In this document: positions 8,233 through 17,670 of the stretch, one piece after another
Layout: each line of letters opens with the position of its first letter
Numbering within the stretch: the first letter of the stretch is position 1
Assembly: GCF_000022265.1 (NCBI RefSeq)
Contig: NC_011979.1
Span: 2,010,001-2,042,000 of the forward strand
DNA length: 32,000 nt
From: Geotalea daltonii FRC-32
GTDB taxonomy: Bacteria > Desulfobacterota > Desulfuromonadia > Geobacterales > Geobacteraceae
Reading direction: 5' to 3'
Notes under the pieces: generated by a model
Databases searched by the model: none
Seen by the model: the letters and a program-made list of their open reading frames with translations, nothing else
Told to the model about the DNA's origin: nothing
Position numbers and translations under genes: made by a program

Positions 8233-10530
8233 ATGCCGGTCTTCCAGCAGGGAGCAGGAATGCTATCTCCTCCGCACAATCGGAAGCGGACTCTACCGTC
8301 CCAGGAACAGCTCCACAGGATCAGTCTCGGACTTCTTCGGCTGCCCCTTGCCCTTGTGTCGGCCGATGCAGACGGCATGGTCGATTTCGTCAATGACAAA
8401 TTCACGGAAATAACCGGCTACGAAGCCGGGGAAACCGTCGGCCGGAGTCTCTGGAGCCTGCAGTGCCAAGAAACCCCCACCTGCACCGACCTGGAGAAGT
8501 TTGTTCTCACCCGCGGGGATTGGCATGGGGAAATGGTGAACAGGAGAAAAGACGGCGCGCCGTACTGGGAATCAGTCTCCATTGCCGTGGTCAGGGATAG
8601 GGATGGTGCGATCTCCGGGTACGTGGCGGTGAAACAGGACGTATCCGAGGGAAAACAAACGGAAGAGCGACTGAAGGCGAGGGAGGCAGAGCTTAGCGAG
8701 GCCCAGCGAATCGCCCGGGTGGGCAGCTGGACCTGGGATGCGGAATCGGACACGGTCTACTGGTCGGAGCAGACCTATCGTACCTGTGGTTTCGACCAAT
8801 CAGTGGCGCCGCCATCTTTTTACGGGGGCCATGGCAAGCTTTTCCCCCCCGAAGACCTGGCCCGCCTTACGCAATGTATCGATCTTGCCCTGCGGGATGG
8901 GACTCCCTATCAGTTGGATCTTCAGATGTTGTGCCCGGATACCCCCCGTTGGATAACGGTGCGGGGGGAGGCTACCCGGGATGCGGAGGGGCGGATCAAA
9001 GGCCTCAGAGGGAGCATCCAGGACATCACTGAACGGAAGCGGGCGGAGGAGGAGATTCAGTGCCAGCGCCGGCTGTTGGAGTCGGTAATCATGAATTTAC
9101 CCGCCGCAGTCCTCATTGCCGTGGGCCATGACCTGCGCATCAAGATGATAAATCCTGCCTATTCCCGGCTCGCCCCGGGAAAAGAGATAATCGGCAAGAC
9201 TTTTCCGGAAGTGTGGCCGGAAATTCCGGCTTTGAGGGATGTGTTTCTAAAAGTGCTGGAAACGGGTGAGCCCTATGAAGTGGTGGACGAACCCTACCAT
9301 ATCAGTCGCTTCCCCGGTGGCCTCCTGGAGAAGAGATACTTCAGCTGGTCACTGTTCCGGGTTCGGCTTCCGGGCAATGAGGAGTGGGGACTGCTGAATA
9401 CGGCATGGGAGACTACGGAACGGAAACGGAGCGAGGATGCCCTGCGTGTCAGCGAGGAGAAATTCCGGTCCTTTTTCGAGCACGCTGCTGTCGGCATGGG
9501 AAGGGTCAGATTCACCGATGCCTGCTGGATAGACGTGAATGGGGCCTTCTGCAGGATGCTGGGTTACAGTCCCGACGCAATGAAGGCGACTCCCTGGCCC
9601 CAGATTACCCACCCGGAGGATGTGGACATGGATTTGATCCCGTTCCGCCGCATGGCCGTCGGTGAGCTCGACACCTACAGTGTCGAGAAACGCTTCATCC
9701 ACAAAGACGGCCACCACGTCTGGGCCCGGCTGGCCCTGTCCCTGGTCAGGAATGCCGAAGGCCTCCCCGATTACGAAATTGCCGTCATCGAGGACATTAC
9801 CGACCGGAAACGGTCGGAAGCGGAGCGGGAGCGGCTGCTGTCGGAAGTGCAACGATCCAATCAAGAACTGCAGCAGTTTGCCTATATCGCCTCCCACGAT
9901 CTCCAGGAGCCCTTGCGCATGATCTCCAGCTACATTTCCCTTCTGGAACGGAAGTATAGCGGGCAGCTTGATGAAAAAGCTATAACCTACCTCAGTTATG
10001 TTGTCGATGGCGCCAAAAGGATGCAGAAGCTCATCGAGGGGCTTCTCAACTATTCCCGCATTTCCCGCGAAGCCCGGCTTGTTCCCGTGGACACCAATGA
10101 GAGCTTTTCCGCGGCAGTGGCCAATCTGGAGCAGCGGATACGGGAGTCGGGAGGGGATGTGACCAATGACCCGCTCCCCATTGTTTTAGGGGATGAGACG
10201 CAGCTCGTACAGCTCTTTCAGAACCTGGTCGGCAATGGCCTCAAGTACCGGAAGCCGGGCAGCATTCCCCATGTCCACCTGTCGGCAAGGCCCGCCGGAC
10301 TGGAGTGGCTTTTTTCCGTCAGCGACAACGGTATCGGCATCGAATCCCAGCACTACGACCGCGTCTTCCAGATATTTCAGCGCCTGCACACGAAGGAGGA
10401 ATATCCTGGGACCGGCATTGGCCTAGCCTTGTGCAAAAAGATCGTCGAGCGGCATGGGGGGAGGATCTGGGTTGAATCGAGGCCGGGAGAGGGAACCACC
10501 TTCTACTTTATCCTCCCCGGCGAACACTGA
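8233..10530 (+). CDS. Cytoplasmic multi-PAS (about four) sensor histidine kinase
   Basis: Four PAS-like segments separated by DVSEGKQ / DITERKR / ETTERKR / DITDRKR junctions. H-box FAYIASHDLQEPLRMI, G-box GTGIGLALCKKIVERHGGRIWVES. No TM and no REC. The start may be ATG 8260, which has the better RBS (GGAGCAGGA). Confidence 0.85.
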   Translation: MPVFQQGAGMLSPPHNRKRTLPSQEQLHRISLGLLRLPLALVSADADGMVDFVNDKFTEITGYEAGETVGRSLWSLQCQETPTCTDLEKFVLTRGDWHGEMVNRRKDGAPYWESVSIAVVRDRDGAISGYVAVKQDVSEGKQTEERLKAREAELSEAQRIARVGSWTWDAESDTVYWSEQTYRTCGFDQSVAPPSFYGGHGKLFPPEDLARLTQCIDLALRDGTPYQLDLQMLCPDTPRWITVRGEATRDAEGRIKGLRGSIQDITERKRAEEEIQCQRRLLESVIMNLPAAVLIAVGHDLRIKMINPAYSRLAPGKEIIGKTFPEVWPEIPALRDVFLKVLETGEPYEVVDEPYHISRFPGGLLEKRYFSWSLFRVRLPGNEEWGLLNTAWETTERKRSEDALRVSEEKFRSFFEHAAVGMGRVRFTDACWIDVNGAFCRMLGYSPDAMKATPWPQITHPEDVDMDLIPFRRMAVGELDTYSVEKRFIHKDGHHVWARLALSLVRNAEGLPDYEIAVIEDITDRKRSEAERERLLSEVQRSNQELQQFAYIASHDLQEPLRMISSYISLLERKYSGQLDEKAITYLSYVVDGAKRMQKLIEGLLNYSRISREARLVPVDTNESFSAAVANLEQRIRESGGDVTNDPLPIVLGDETQLVQLFQNLVGNGLKYRKPGSIPHVHLSARPAGLEWLFSVSDNGIGIESQHYDRVFQIFQRLHTKEEYPGTGIGLALCKKIVERHGGRIWVESRPGEGTTFYFILPGEH

Positions 10531-10570
10531 CAACAACCTGTGAATCTGCGGGAAACAGAAGGAGAATGGG

Positions 10571-11761
10571 ATGGCGACAGTGGCAGGGGTCGGCTTCAGC
10601 ACCAACAGGAATCCCCGGGAGGCGGGTAGAGAGGCTGCTCTCAAGGCCCTTGAGCAGAAGGGGATAGGGGTGCCGGATTTTGTTTTCGTCTTTGCCTCGG
10701 TTGGGTACGATCAGCAACTCCTGATCCAGACTATTCGTGGGGCAACCGGGAGAGCCCCCCTGGCCGGCTGCTCCGGAGAAGGGATAATCACCCAGAGGGT
10801 AGCCCTTGAAACAAACTTCTGTGTCTGCGTCATGACGATAAAGTCCGATGAGCTGCATTTTCTCGGCACCCATGTTACCCATATCGCCCATGAATCGGAT
10901 TATGGCGGAGAACGGCTGGCGGCTGAGATACGGCCATGGCTGGGTGCCGACACCATCGGCTGTTTTCTGTTCATAGACGGCCTTATCTTCGATTTCGACC
11001 CATTCAAAGCATCCCTGGAGAGATGCCTTCCCGGAGGAAACGAACTGCGCCTTTTTGGCGGCCTGGCAGCCGACAACTGGGTTTCCCGCAGGACATACCA
11101 GTATCATGACGATGAGGTCTTTTCGGAAGGGATCTCCTGCGTCCACATGTCCGGCAGCGGCCGCATCGCCTGCGGCATCAACCATGGCTGCGTGCCCATA
11201 GGGACAAAACATGTCATCACCCGCAGCAAAGGGAATGTGATCTATGAGATCGACGGGATCCCCGTTCTTGAACTGTTGAAGGACTACGTGGAAGGGGACT
11301 GGGAGAGCCAGTGGAACAAGATCTCCCTTAACCTCTGTCTCGGCTTCAGGGCTCCCGAGTCGATCAAGGAAGAATATGGCGATTTGGTCGTCCGCTACAT
11401 GATGGGCAAGGATGACCGGCAGGGTTGCGTCATGATCCAGTCGGACGTAAGGGCTGGTACGGAGCTGTGGATCGTGCGGCGGGACAAGGAATTGATCCGC
11501 AACGGTCTTGTGGCCATTTCCGACCGGATCAAGCAGCAGACCGGCAACCGGCAGCCGAAATTCGTCATGCAGTTCGAGTGCATGGGGCGAGGGAAGGTGG
11601 TCTTCAGGGAACAGGAAAAGAACGACTTGATAACGACGCTCCAGCAGAGGATCGGGCAGGATGTACCATGGATCGGCTTTTACACCTACGGCGAAATCGG
11701 ACCGGTGAGCCGTTACAACTGTCTCCATAACTTCACGGCGGTGGTCACTGCCGTTTACTGA
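10571..11761 (+). CDS. Stand-alone FIST-domain protein (FIST_N + FIST_C; NosP-like sensor)
   Basis: N-terminus VAGVGFSTNRNPREAGREAALKAL and C-terminus WIGFYTYGEIGP are characteristic of FIST proteins. 396 aa. GAAGGAG RBS. Gaps to the flanking kinases are 40 nt upstream and 20 nt downstream. Confidence 0.7.
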   Translation: MATVAGVGFSTNRNPREAGREAALKALEQKGIGVPDFVFVFASVGYDQQLLIQTIRGATGRAPLAGCSGEGIITQRVALETNFCVCVMTIKSDELHFLGTHVTHIAHESDYGGERLAAEIRPWLGADTIGCFLFIDGLIFDFDPFKASLERCLPGGNELRLFGGLAADNWVSRRTYQYHDDEVFSEGISCVHMSGSGRIACGINHGCVPIGTKHVITRSKGNVIYEIDGIPVLELLKDYVEGDWESQWNKISLNLCLGFRAPESIKEEYGDLVVRYMMGKDDRQGCVMIQSDVRAGTELWIVRRDKELIRNGLVAISDRIKQQTGNRQPKFVMQFECMGRGKVVFREQEKNDLITTLQQRIGQDVPWIGFYTYGEIGPVSRYNCLHNFTAVVTAVY

Positions 11762-11781
11762 CCGGCATTTGCGGGAGCGGC

Positions 11782-13560
11782 ATGAGTAGAGACGGTGTCC
11801 CGATAGACCCCGATGACGGCAACAGGATTCCAATGCTGCAACGGGAGATCAAGAACCTGTCCGAGCAGGTAAAACGGCTGGTCAAGGCCGAGAGCCGGCT
11901 TTACCGCTACCAGGAGGAACTTGATGCCCAATTGAAGGAGTACAAGGACCTCTATGAGCTGAACAGGAAGCTGAATGAAACCTTCGATGTGACCAGCATA
12001 TTCCTGCACACGGTCGACTATCTTACCCAGCACCTGGAATACGAACGGGCCATAGCCCTGCAACGGACCGCTAACGGCGACTACCGGGTTGCAGCCTTGG
12101 CCGGATATTACGATGACCTGGAGAAAAGCTGCGTTGCAGCGCTGACCATCAGCCCTGACGCTCCTCTGCTGGCACCTCTGTCAAGGGGTGAGGAATTCCT
12201 GATCAGCACAACAGATGCAGCAGACGGTGCATTGAGAGAATTCGGCGCCAGGGGCTACCTCAATGAATTTTTCATTTTTCCCCTTGGCCGCTACGCGCCA
12301 CGCGCCTTGATAGTTGTAGGGAATTCGGCAGACAAGGCGGAATTCTATCGCAAGGTGGATGCCGGTCATGAAAACCTGGTCAGTACGGGCAATGTCATCG
12401 GACTTGTCTCGTCGGCCCTGGAAAAAAACTCCCTCTATGCCGCCCTGGGGGAGAGCGAGTACCGGCTGAAAAGCGTGGTCGAAAACCTTACCGAGGGGTT
12501 GATCCTCATCGACCCTGCCGGCGAAGGTCTGCAGTGGAACCGTGCTGCCTTACTGATGCACGGGTATAGCCGTTCTGTGGACGAGGTGGCTTCTTGCCCG
12601 AAACTCGATCAGGTTTTCCAGTTGCTGCAGGTGGACGGGAAACCGTTGCCGATGGAGCAATTGCCCATCAAGCGGATCTTGCGCGGGGAGGAATTTAAAG
12701 ACTACCATCTGGTTGTCCGGCGCAGAAATACCGATTGGCAGCGGACCTTCTCTTTCAGCGGCGTTCTAATCCGTGACTGTCGGGGGGAGCCGTTCATCGG
12801 CGTTCTTACCCTCCATGATGTCACATCCCGGAAGCAGTCCGAGGATGAGCGGGAGCGGCTCATTGCCGAGCTGCAGCGGTCCAATGGGGAACTTCAGCAG
12901 TTCGCCTACGTCTCGTCCCACGATCTCCAGGAGCCGATTCGCATGGTAACCAGTTACGCCCAGCTTCTGCAGAAACGGTACCAGGGGAAACTGGACGATA
13001 AGGCAGACTCCTACATATCCTACATGGTTGAAGCAGCCCACCGCATGTCCTCACTCATCGACGACCTGCTTGCCCTTTCCCGCGTCGGCCGGAGCAAAAG
13101 TCCGCCGGCCCCGGTGGCGCTGGAACCGGTGGTGCAACAGGCCCTAGATAACATGAGGATTTCCATCGGGGAAAGCGGCGCCGAGGTCACCTATGGACCT
13201 CTGCCGACGGTGCCGGGGGATGAAATACAGTTGCTGCAGCTTTTTAAGAATCTCATCGGCAATGCGGTCAAGTACCGGAAGAAGGATGTGCCGCCACGGG
13301 TCCATATCTCCGCGGTGCGCAAGGGGAATCAGTGGGTATTCGGCGTGCATGACAACGGCATCGGCATCGAGCCCCAGTACCATGAGCGGATCTTTGTCAT
13401 CTTCCAGCGTCTCCACTATCGCGAAGACTATCCCGGGACCGGCATCGGGCTTTCCATCTGCCAGAAGATCGTGGAGAACCACGGGGGGAGGATCTGGGTT
13501 GAGTCAACGCTGGGGGAAGGTTCCACCTTCTATTTCACCCTTCCGGCAAAGGATGACTGA
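11782..13560 (+). CDS. Cytoplasmic sensor histidine kinase: coiled coil, GAF-like region, one PAS, HisKA, HATPase_c
   Basis: H-box FAYVSSHDLQEPIRMV, G-box GTGIGLSICQKIVENHGGRIWVES. The kinase core aligns without gaps to that of 5383..8136. Confidence 0.85.
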   Translation: MSRDGVPIDPDDGNRIPMLQREIKNLSEQVKRLVKAESRLYRYQEELDAQLKEYKDLYELNRKLNETFDVTSIFLHTVDYLTQHLEYERAIALQRTANGDYRVAALAGYYDDLEKSCVAALTISPDAPLLAPLSRGEEFLISTTDAADGALREFGARGYLNEFFIFPLGRYAPRALIVVGNSADKAEFYRKVDAGHENLVSTGNVIGLVSSALEKNSLYAALGESEYRLKSVVENLTEGLILIDPAGEGLQWNRAALLMHGYSRSVDEVASCPKLDQVFQLLQVDGKPLPMEQLPIKRILRGEEFKDYHLVVRRRNTDWQRTFSFSGVLIRDCRGEPFIGVLTLHDVTSRKQSEDERERLIAELQRSNGELQQFAYVSSHDLQEPIRMVTSYAQLLQKRYQGKLDDKADSYISYMVEAAHRMSSLIDDLLALSRVGRSKSPPAPVALEPVVQQALDNMRISIGESGAEVTYGPLPTVPGDEIQLLQLFKNLIGNAVKYRKKDVPPRVHISAVRKGNQWVFGVHDNGIGIEPQYHERIFVIFQRLHYREDYPGTGIGLSICQKIVENHGGRIWVESTLGEGSTFYFTLPAKDD

Positions 13561-13595
13561 TTTCGGCCCTGTTTTCTGCAAAGACCGGGCAGGTA

Positions 13596-14852
13596 TCAGG
13601 TTTCGGCTATCTCGATCCTGTTCCTGCCCATGTTTTTTGCCCTGTAAAGTGCAGTATCTGCACGTCTGATTGCCTGGGAGAGATCCTTTTCACCCGGCAG
13701 GGTGCAGGCCACCCCTACGCTGATGGTAACGGCCAGGTCGTGTTGCTCCACATGGAACGGCTTTTCCCCCACCGAGCGGTGAATCCTTTCTGCTATGGCG
13801 ATTATCTCCGTCATTGCCGTATCGGGGAGAAGAACGATGAATTCTTCTCCACCTATGCGCCCGGCCAGGTCGGAGGCGCGGCAGGAATCGGTCAGCCGGC
13901 GCGAGATTTCTTTCAGCACCTCGTCTCCCACCAGATGCCCGTAAGTATCGTTCACTGACTTGAAATAATCCACATCCATATTGAGGACGCCAATCGTCAG
14001 TTCCCCCTCCCGTTGTCGGCTGATGGCCTTGAAGTTGGCTTTGCTGAGAATATGCCGTCGGTTGAAGATGCCGGTGAGCTCATCCTTGATGGCCATCTGC
14101 TCAAGTTCAGCATGTACCTTTTTCAGTTGCCCGGTCAGTTTCCTGACCACGACGAGGGCGCCCACATGCACGGCTGAAATTACGAGCAGCAGCATGATTG
14201 CCGATGTGACCACTACATTGATGTGCTCGTTCCGGTATTTGGTCACATCAACGTAGATTTCGAAACTGCCGATGATCTTGCCGAGCTTGTCCCTGATAGG
14301 GACATAGGTTTCCACCACATCCACGTCGAAATGTTTTTCATCGGCCAGATCCAGCACCTCTTCCTTCTTTTCCAGCAGCGAATCGTTATTTCCCGCCAGT
14401 GCCCGTCCCAGCCGCACGTTATTTCCGTCCATATGGCCGATGATCTTTCGGTCCGTACTGTAGAGGATTTCTTTCTGCGGGGAATAAATCTTGATCTTGA
14501 TGATGGAAAAAGGTTTGAGAAACTTGCGCAGATCCCGGTCGAGAGCCTCCACGGAATTATCGTCGATGCGGACCACGCTTCTTCCGTTTTCTTCGGAAAG
14601 AAGCAGATTCCGGTGGGCATTCAGCAGGGCGTTGCTCACATCCACCGCATCATCCTCCGCGCCGGCGACGATATGCCGCGCATAGACGGTATACAAGCCA
14701 TAGGTGGAGGCAGTCATGATGAATAGCACTGAGATGGTGGCGATTATCGTCAGTGACCTGAGCAGTGAGGCAGGGTTGCTTGCGTGGGGTTTTTCGAATT
14801 TCAGGTTAGGTCGGTTCATTTGGTCCGCTTTGGTCATCTTGATAAGATTCAT
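13596..14852 (-). CDS. Membrane diguanylate cyclase (TM - ~160-aa periplasmic sensor - TM - GGDEF)
   Basis: GGEEF active site in RIGGEEFIVLL. RxxD inhibitory site (RASD) five residues upstream. Two hydrophobic helices flank a periplasmic segment. The start is uncertain: TTG 14858 (track), ATG 14852, 14837 or 14819. Confidence 0.85.
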   Translation of the reverse strand: MNLIKMTKADQMNRPNLKFEKPHASNPASLLRSLTIIATISVLFIMTASTYGLYTVYARHIVAGAEDDAVDVSNALLNAHRNLLLSEENGRSVVRIDDNSVEALDRDLRKFLKPFSIIKIKIYSPQKEILYSTDRKIIGHMDGNNVRLGRALAGNNDSLLEKKEEVLDLADEKHFDVDVVETYVPIRDKLGKIIGSFEIYVDVTKYRNEHINVVVTSAIMLLLVISAVHVGALVVVRKLTGQLKKVHAELEQMAIKDELTGIFNRRHILSKANFKAISRQREGELTIGVLNMDVDYFKSVNDTYGHLVGDEVLKEISRRLTDSCRASDLAGRIGGEEFIVLLPDTAMTEIIAIAERIHRSVGEKPFHVEQHDLAVTISVGVACTLPGEKDLSQAIRRADTALYRAKNMGRNRIEIAET

Positions 14853-15108
14853 CGGCAAAATTTGTCATATATGAAGTTTTTTGTTGCATGGGCGGCAATT
14901 TTACGAATTTCTTCGAAGCCATACCGACCGTCAGGCGACTCTACCAGATGTGGATTAAAAAAACACGTAAACATGGCGAAGCCATGGCTATTTTGTGCCG
15001 GCGGCAGACGATAAAACATTTAATGGAGGTGGCAACTGTGCTATAGATATGCAGGCATTCCTGCTACAATTCTTACCCTGCACACCCCACCAATCGAAGG
15101 AGCCAGTC

Positions 15109-16494
15109 ATGTATCTGTTGCGAAAGGCTATTTCTCTGCTGAAAGTGGCAGCACTTTTCATTATCCTGACTTCCTGCGCTGCCGGCAATGCCCCACTCAC
15201 CAAGGGAGCGAATACTCTGAATGCCGAGCGCCCCAAAGACGAAGCGTGCCGCACGGAATTGAAAAGGGAAGTTTCCACGCTGAACGTGGGTGTGGAGGCG
15301 TCGGCGGGGGAGCTTGCCGACATGTTGAACCGGATGATACCCAAGGAGCTCTACAAGGGCTCGACCAAGACCAAGGGACTTACTGCCGACCTGCTGCGAA
15401 CTGGTCCCATTGCCGTCAGTGCCGCCGATAACTTCATCCATCTGACCATTCCCATCTCCATGTCCCTGAGCTACGGCATGTTCGAGACTCCGGCCGTGGC
15501 CACCAAGCTCAAGTTCAAGATGGGCGCCAGGGTCGCCCCGGACTGGAAAGTCAACGCCGAGGTCTATTATGTGGGACTTACCGACCTTCTTGCTGAAAAT
15601 GTGGGCATCGGCCCCATCTCCATCAAGCCGCGCAGCATCGTCGAAGGAATCACCCAGCCGGTGCAACGGACCCTGTCGGAGCTCATCAGCAGAAAGCTCA
15701 ACGAACAGTTCCCCCTTAAGGCCCAGGTGGCAAAAGCCTGGAGCGCCGCCCAAAAGCCGGTTCTGCTGGATAAGAACTACAACGCCTGGCTGACCATCAT
15801 CCCCCAGGAGGTGATCCTTTACCCGCTCTATGCCCAGAAAAACCAGGTGAAGCTCAGTGTCGGGCTGAAATCTTATGCCGAACTGGTGGTGGGTCCCCAG
15901 CCACCGGTTCGCCCTATCGTTCCCCTGCCGAACCTGAAACTGATCAGCGGAAGCGAGCGGAATTTTCGCGTCGCCCTCAACACCGACCTCTTTTACAGGG
16001 ATCTTCGCGCCATTGCCCAACCGCTTCTTCTCAACAAGGAACTGGGCAGCGACGGCAGAAAAGTGATGCTGAAGGACCTGGACCTGTACGGCAACGGCGA
16101 GCGGCTGATGGTAAAGGTGGTGACGACCGGTGACCTGGAGGGAACCTTCTACCTTACCTGCAAGCCATCCTTCAATGCACAGACCAATGTTTTTTCCGTG
16201 GAGGACGTGGATTTCGAGATGCAGACCAAAAGCCTGCTGCTCCAGTCAGCCGACTGGTTCCTTCACGGCACCATCAGGAACACCATCCGGGAAAAGCTCA
16301 ACATGGACCTGACCCAGCGCGTAACACAGGCCAGGGAGATGGCTGGCAAGGCCATGGCAAAGGTCAGCCTGGCGGAAAATGTCTTTCTCAACGGCAGCGT
16401 CAAGACTTTGAAGCTGAATGACGTCATGGTACAGAAAGACAAGATCTCCATTCAGGTCTATGCGGAAGGGGAGACGGCGGTGGTGTTTCATTGA
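15109..16494 (+). CDS. Lipoprotein of unknown function (size and character recall DUF4403, unverified)
   Basis: GAAGGAG (15096-15102) precedes ATG 15109. The N-terminus MYLLRKAISLLKVAALFIILTSC carries an L-T-S-C lipobox. The track start at 14995 adds a non-signal extension with no RBS. Confidence 0.7.
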   Translation: MYLLRKAISLLKVAALFIILTSCAAGNAPLTKGANTLNAERPKDEACRTELKREVSTLNVGVEASAGELADMLNRMIPKELYKGSTKTKGLTADLLRTGPIAVSAADNFIHLTIPISMSLSYGMFETPAVATKLKFKMGARVAPDWKVNAEVYYVGLTDLLAENVGIGPISIKPRSIVEGITQPVQRTLSELISRKLNEQFPLKAQVAKAWSAAQKPVLLDKNYNAWLTIIPQEVILYPLYAQKNQVKLSVGLKSYAELVVGPQPPVRPIVPLPNLKLISGSERNFRVALNTDLFYRDLRAIAQPLLLNKELGSDGRKVMLKDLDLYGNGERLMVKVVTTGDLEGTFYLTCKPSFNAQTNVFSVEDVDFEMQTKSLLLQSADWFLHGTIRNTIREKLNMDLTQRVTQAREMAGKAMAKVSLAENVFLNGSVKTLKLNDVMVQKDKISIQVYAEGETAVVFH

Positions 16495-16570
16495 GTGTGG
16501 CCGGCAGAGTTTTGGGATTTCCCGGTGCGGAGAGCACATAAAAGGTTGAACAATTGCGAAGGAGTAGGTT

Positions 16571-17524
16571 GTGCTGAGACTTTTCAGGATAGAGAACGGG
16601 CTGATCAAGGAGATGGTAGTGGATCCGGCGGCGCTGTCGGACCAGCTCCGGCATGCGGACTGGATAGATATTCACGAGCCGAACGACAGTGAGCGGGAGC
16701 TCCTGGAGCTGCTGCTGCATACCGATCTGCCCGAATCGGACGAGTACGACGAAATCGAGACTTCGGCCCGCTGTTTCGTGGATCAGGCGGGAATCCACGT
16801 CCACTCGCTGTTTTTGTCCCAGTCGGAGGGGCGGCATTCAACCGTTACCGTGGCCTGTATTCTCCAGAGCAGCCATCTCATCACGATCCGCGAGGGGGAC
16901 CTTGCCGACTTCCGGCTGCTGCGCATGCGCGCCCGGCGGGGGCAGATCGAGTGCCGTTCACCATCTGAACTGCTGGTCACCCTTTTCGAGCAGAAAGTTG
17001 AGAACCACGCCGACATCCTTGAGGACATCCATCGTCAATTGGAGAGCGTCGGCCACCTGGTCCTGGAAAATGAGGAGGCCGACCTGGAAGACGCCATCAG
17101 CAAGCTGGCCAGGCTGGAAGACAGCAACGGCAAGATCCGCCTCTGCCTCATGGATACCCAGAGGATCGTCTCCTTCCTCCTGCGCCATCTGCGCGACCAG
17201 CCCGGTCACGGGGACACCCTGCGCGAGATCATGCGGGATACGGAAACCCTCATGTCCCACACCACCTTTCTCTTCGATAAGATCAACTTCCTCATGGACT
17301 CCACCCAAGGGTTCATCAACATCGAGCAGAACAAGATCATCAAGATCTTTTCCATCGCCGCCGTGGTCTTTCTGCCCCCCACACTGGTGGCCAGCATCTA
17401 CGGCATGAACTTCGACTTCATGCCGGAACTGAAACTGCAACTTGGCTATCCCGGCTCCCTGGTCCTGATGCTCCTTTCCGGCATCGCCCCGTACTGGTAT
17501 TTCAAGCGCAAAGGATGGCTGTGA
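16571..17524 (+). CDS. corA: CorA-family magnesium/cobalt transporter
   Basis: YGMNF (GMN motif) between two C-terminal TM helices. 317 aa. GTG start 6 nt after GAAGGAG. Confidence 0.85.
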   Translation: MLRLFRIENGLIKEMVVDPAALSDQLRHADWIDIHEPNDSERELLELLLHTDLPESDEYDEIETSARCFVDQAGIHVHSLFLSQSEGRHSTVTVACILQSSHLITIREGDLADFRLLRMRARRGQIECRSPSELLVTLFEQKVENHADILEDIHRQLESVGHLVLENEEADLEDAISKLARLEDSNGKIRLCLMDTQRIVSFLLRHLRDQPGHGDTLREIMRDTETLMSHTTFLFDKINFLMDSTQGFINIEQNKIIKIFSIAAVVFLPPTLVASIYGMNFDFMPELKLQLGYPGSLVLMLLSGIAPYWYFKRKGWL

Positions 17525-17670
17525 AAAGGCTTCGCTTTCTGCCGCTAAATTAAAGACTTCGCAAGAGGTGTCGTGTCTACACATTGACAAAAAATATCTC
17601 AACCAGCCGGTTGCACACCGCCCAAAAACCGGCGGGTGAACCGGGCACCCCGTTGGGCAATTAAGAGAAA

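Noticed and set aside
10508-11833. 441-aa minus-strand ORF, longer than the FIST ORF it overlaps
   Set aside because: The translation is a His/Pro/Arg/Asp-rich string with no motifs, typical of an antisense shadow in high-GC DNA. The plus-strand frame has an RBS, tight operon spacing and FIST-type N- and C-terminal signatures.
14985-14999. Sigma-54-like TGGCTA-N-TGCC upstream of the lipoprotein gene
   Set aside because: The GG-to-GC spacing is 9 rather than 10 nt, and sigma-54 promoters tolerate almost no spacing change.
14995-15108. N-terminal extension of the lipoprotein ORF as given in the track (start 14995)
   Set aside because: The extension is not signal-like and lacks an RBS. ATG 15109 is preceded by GAAGGAG and starts a textbook lipoprotein signal peptide.
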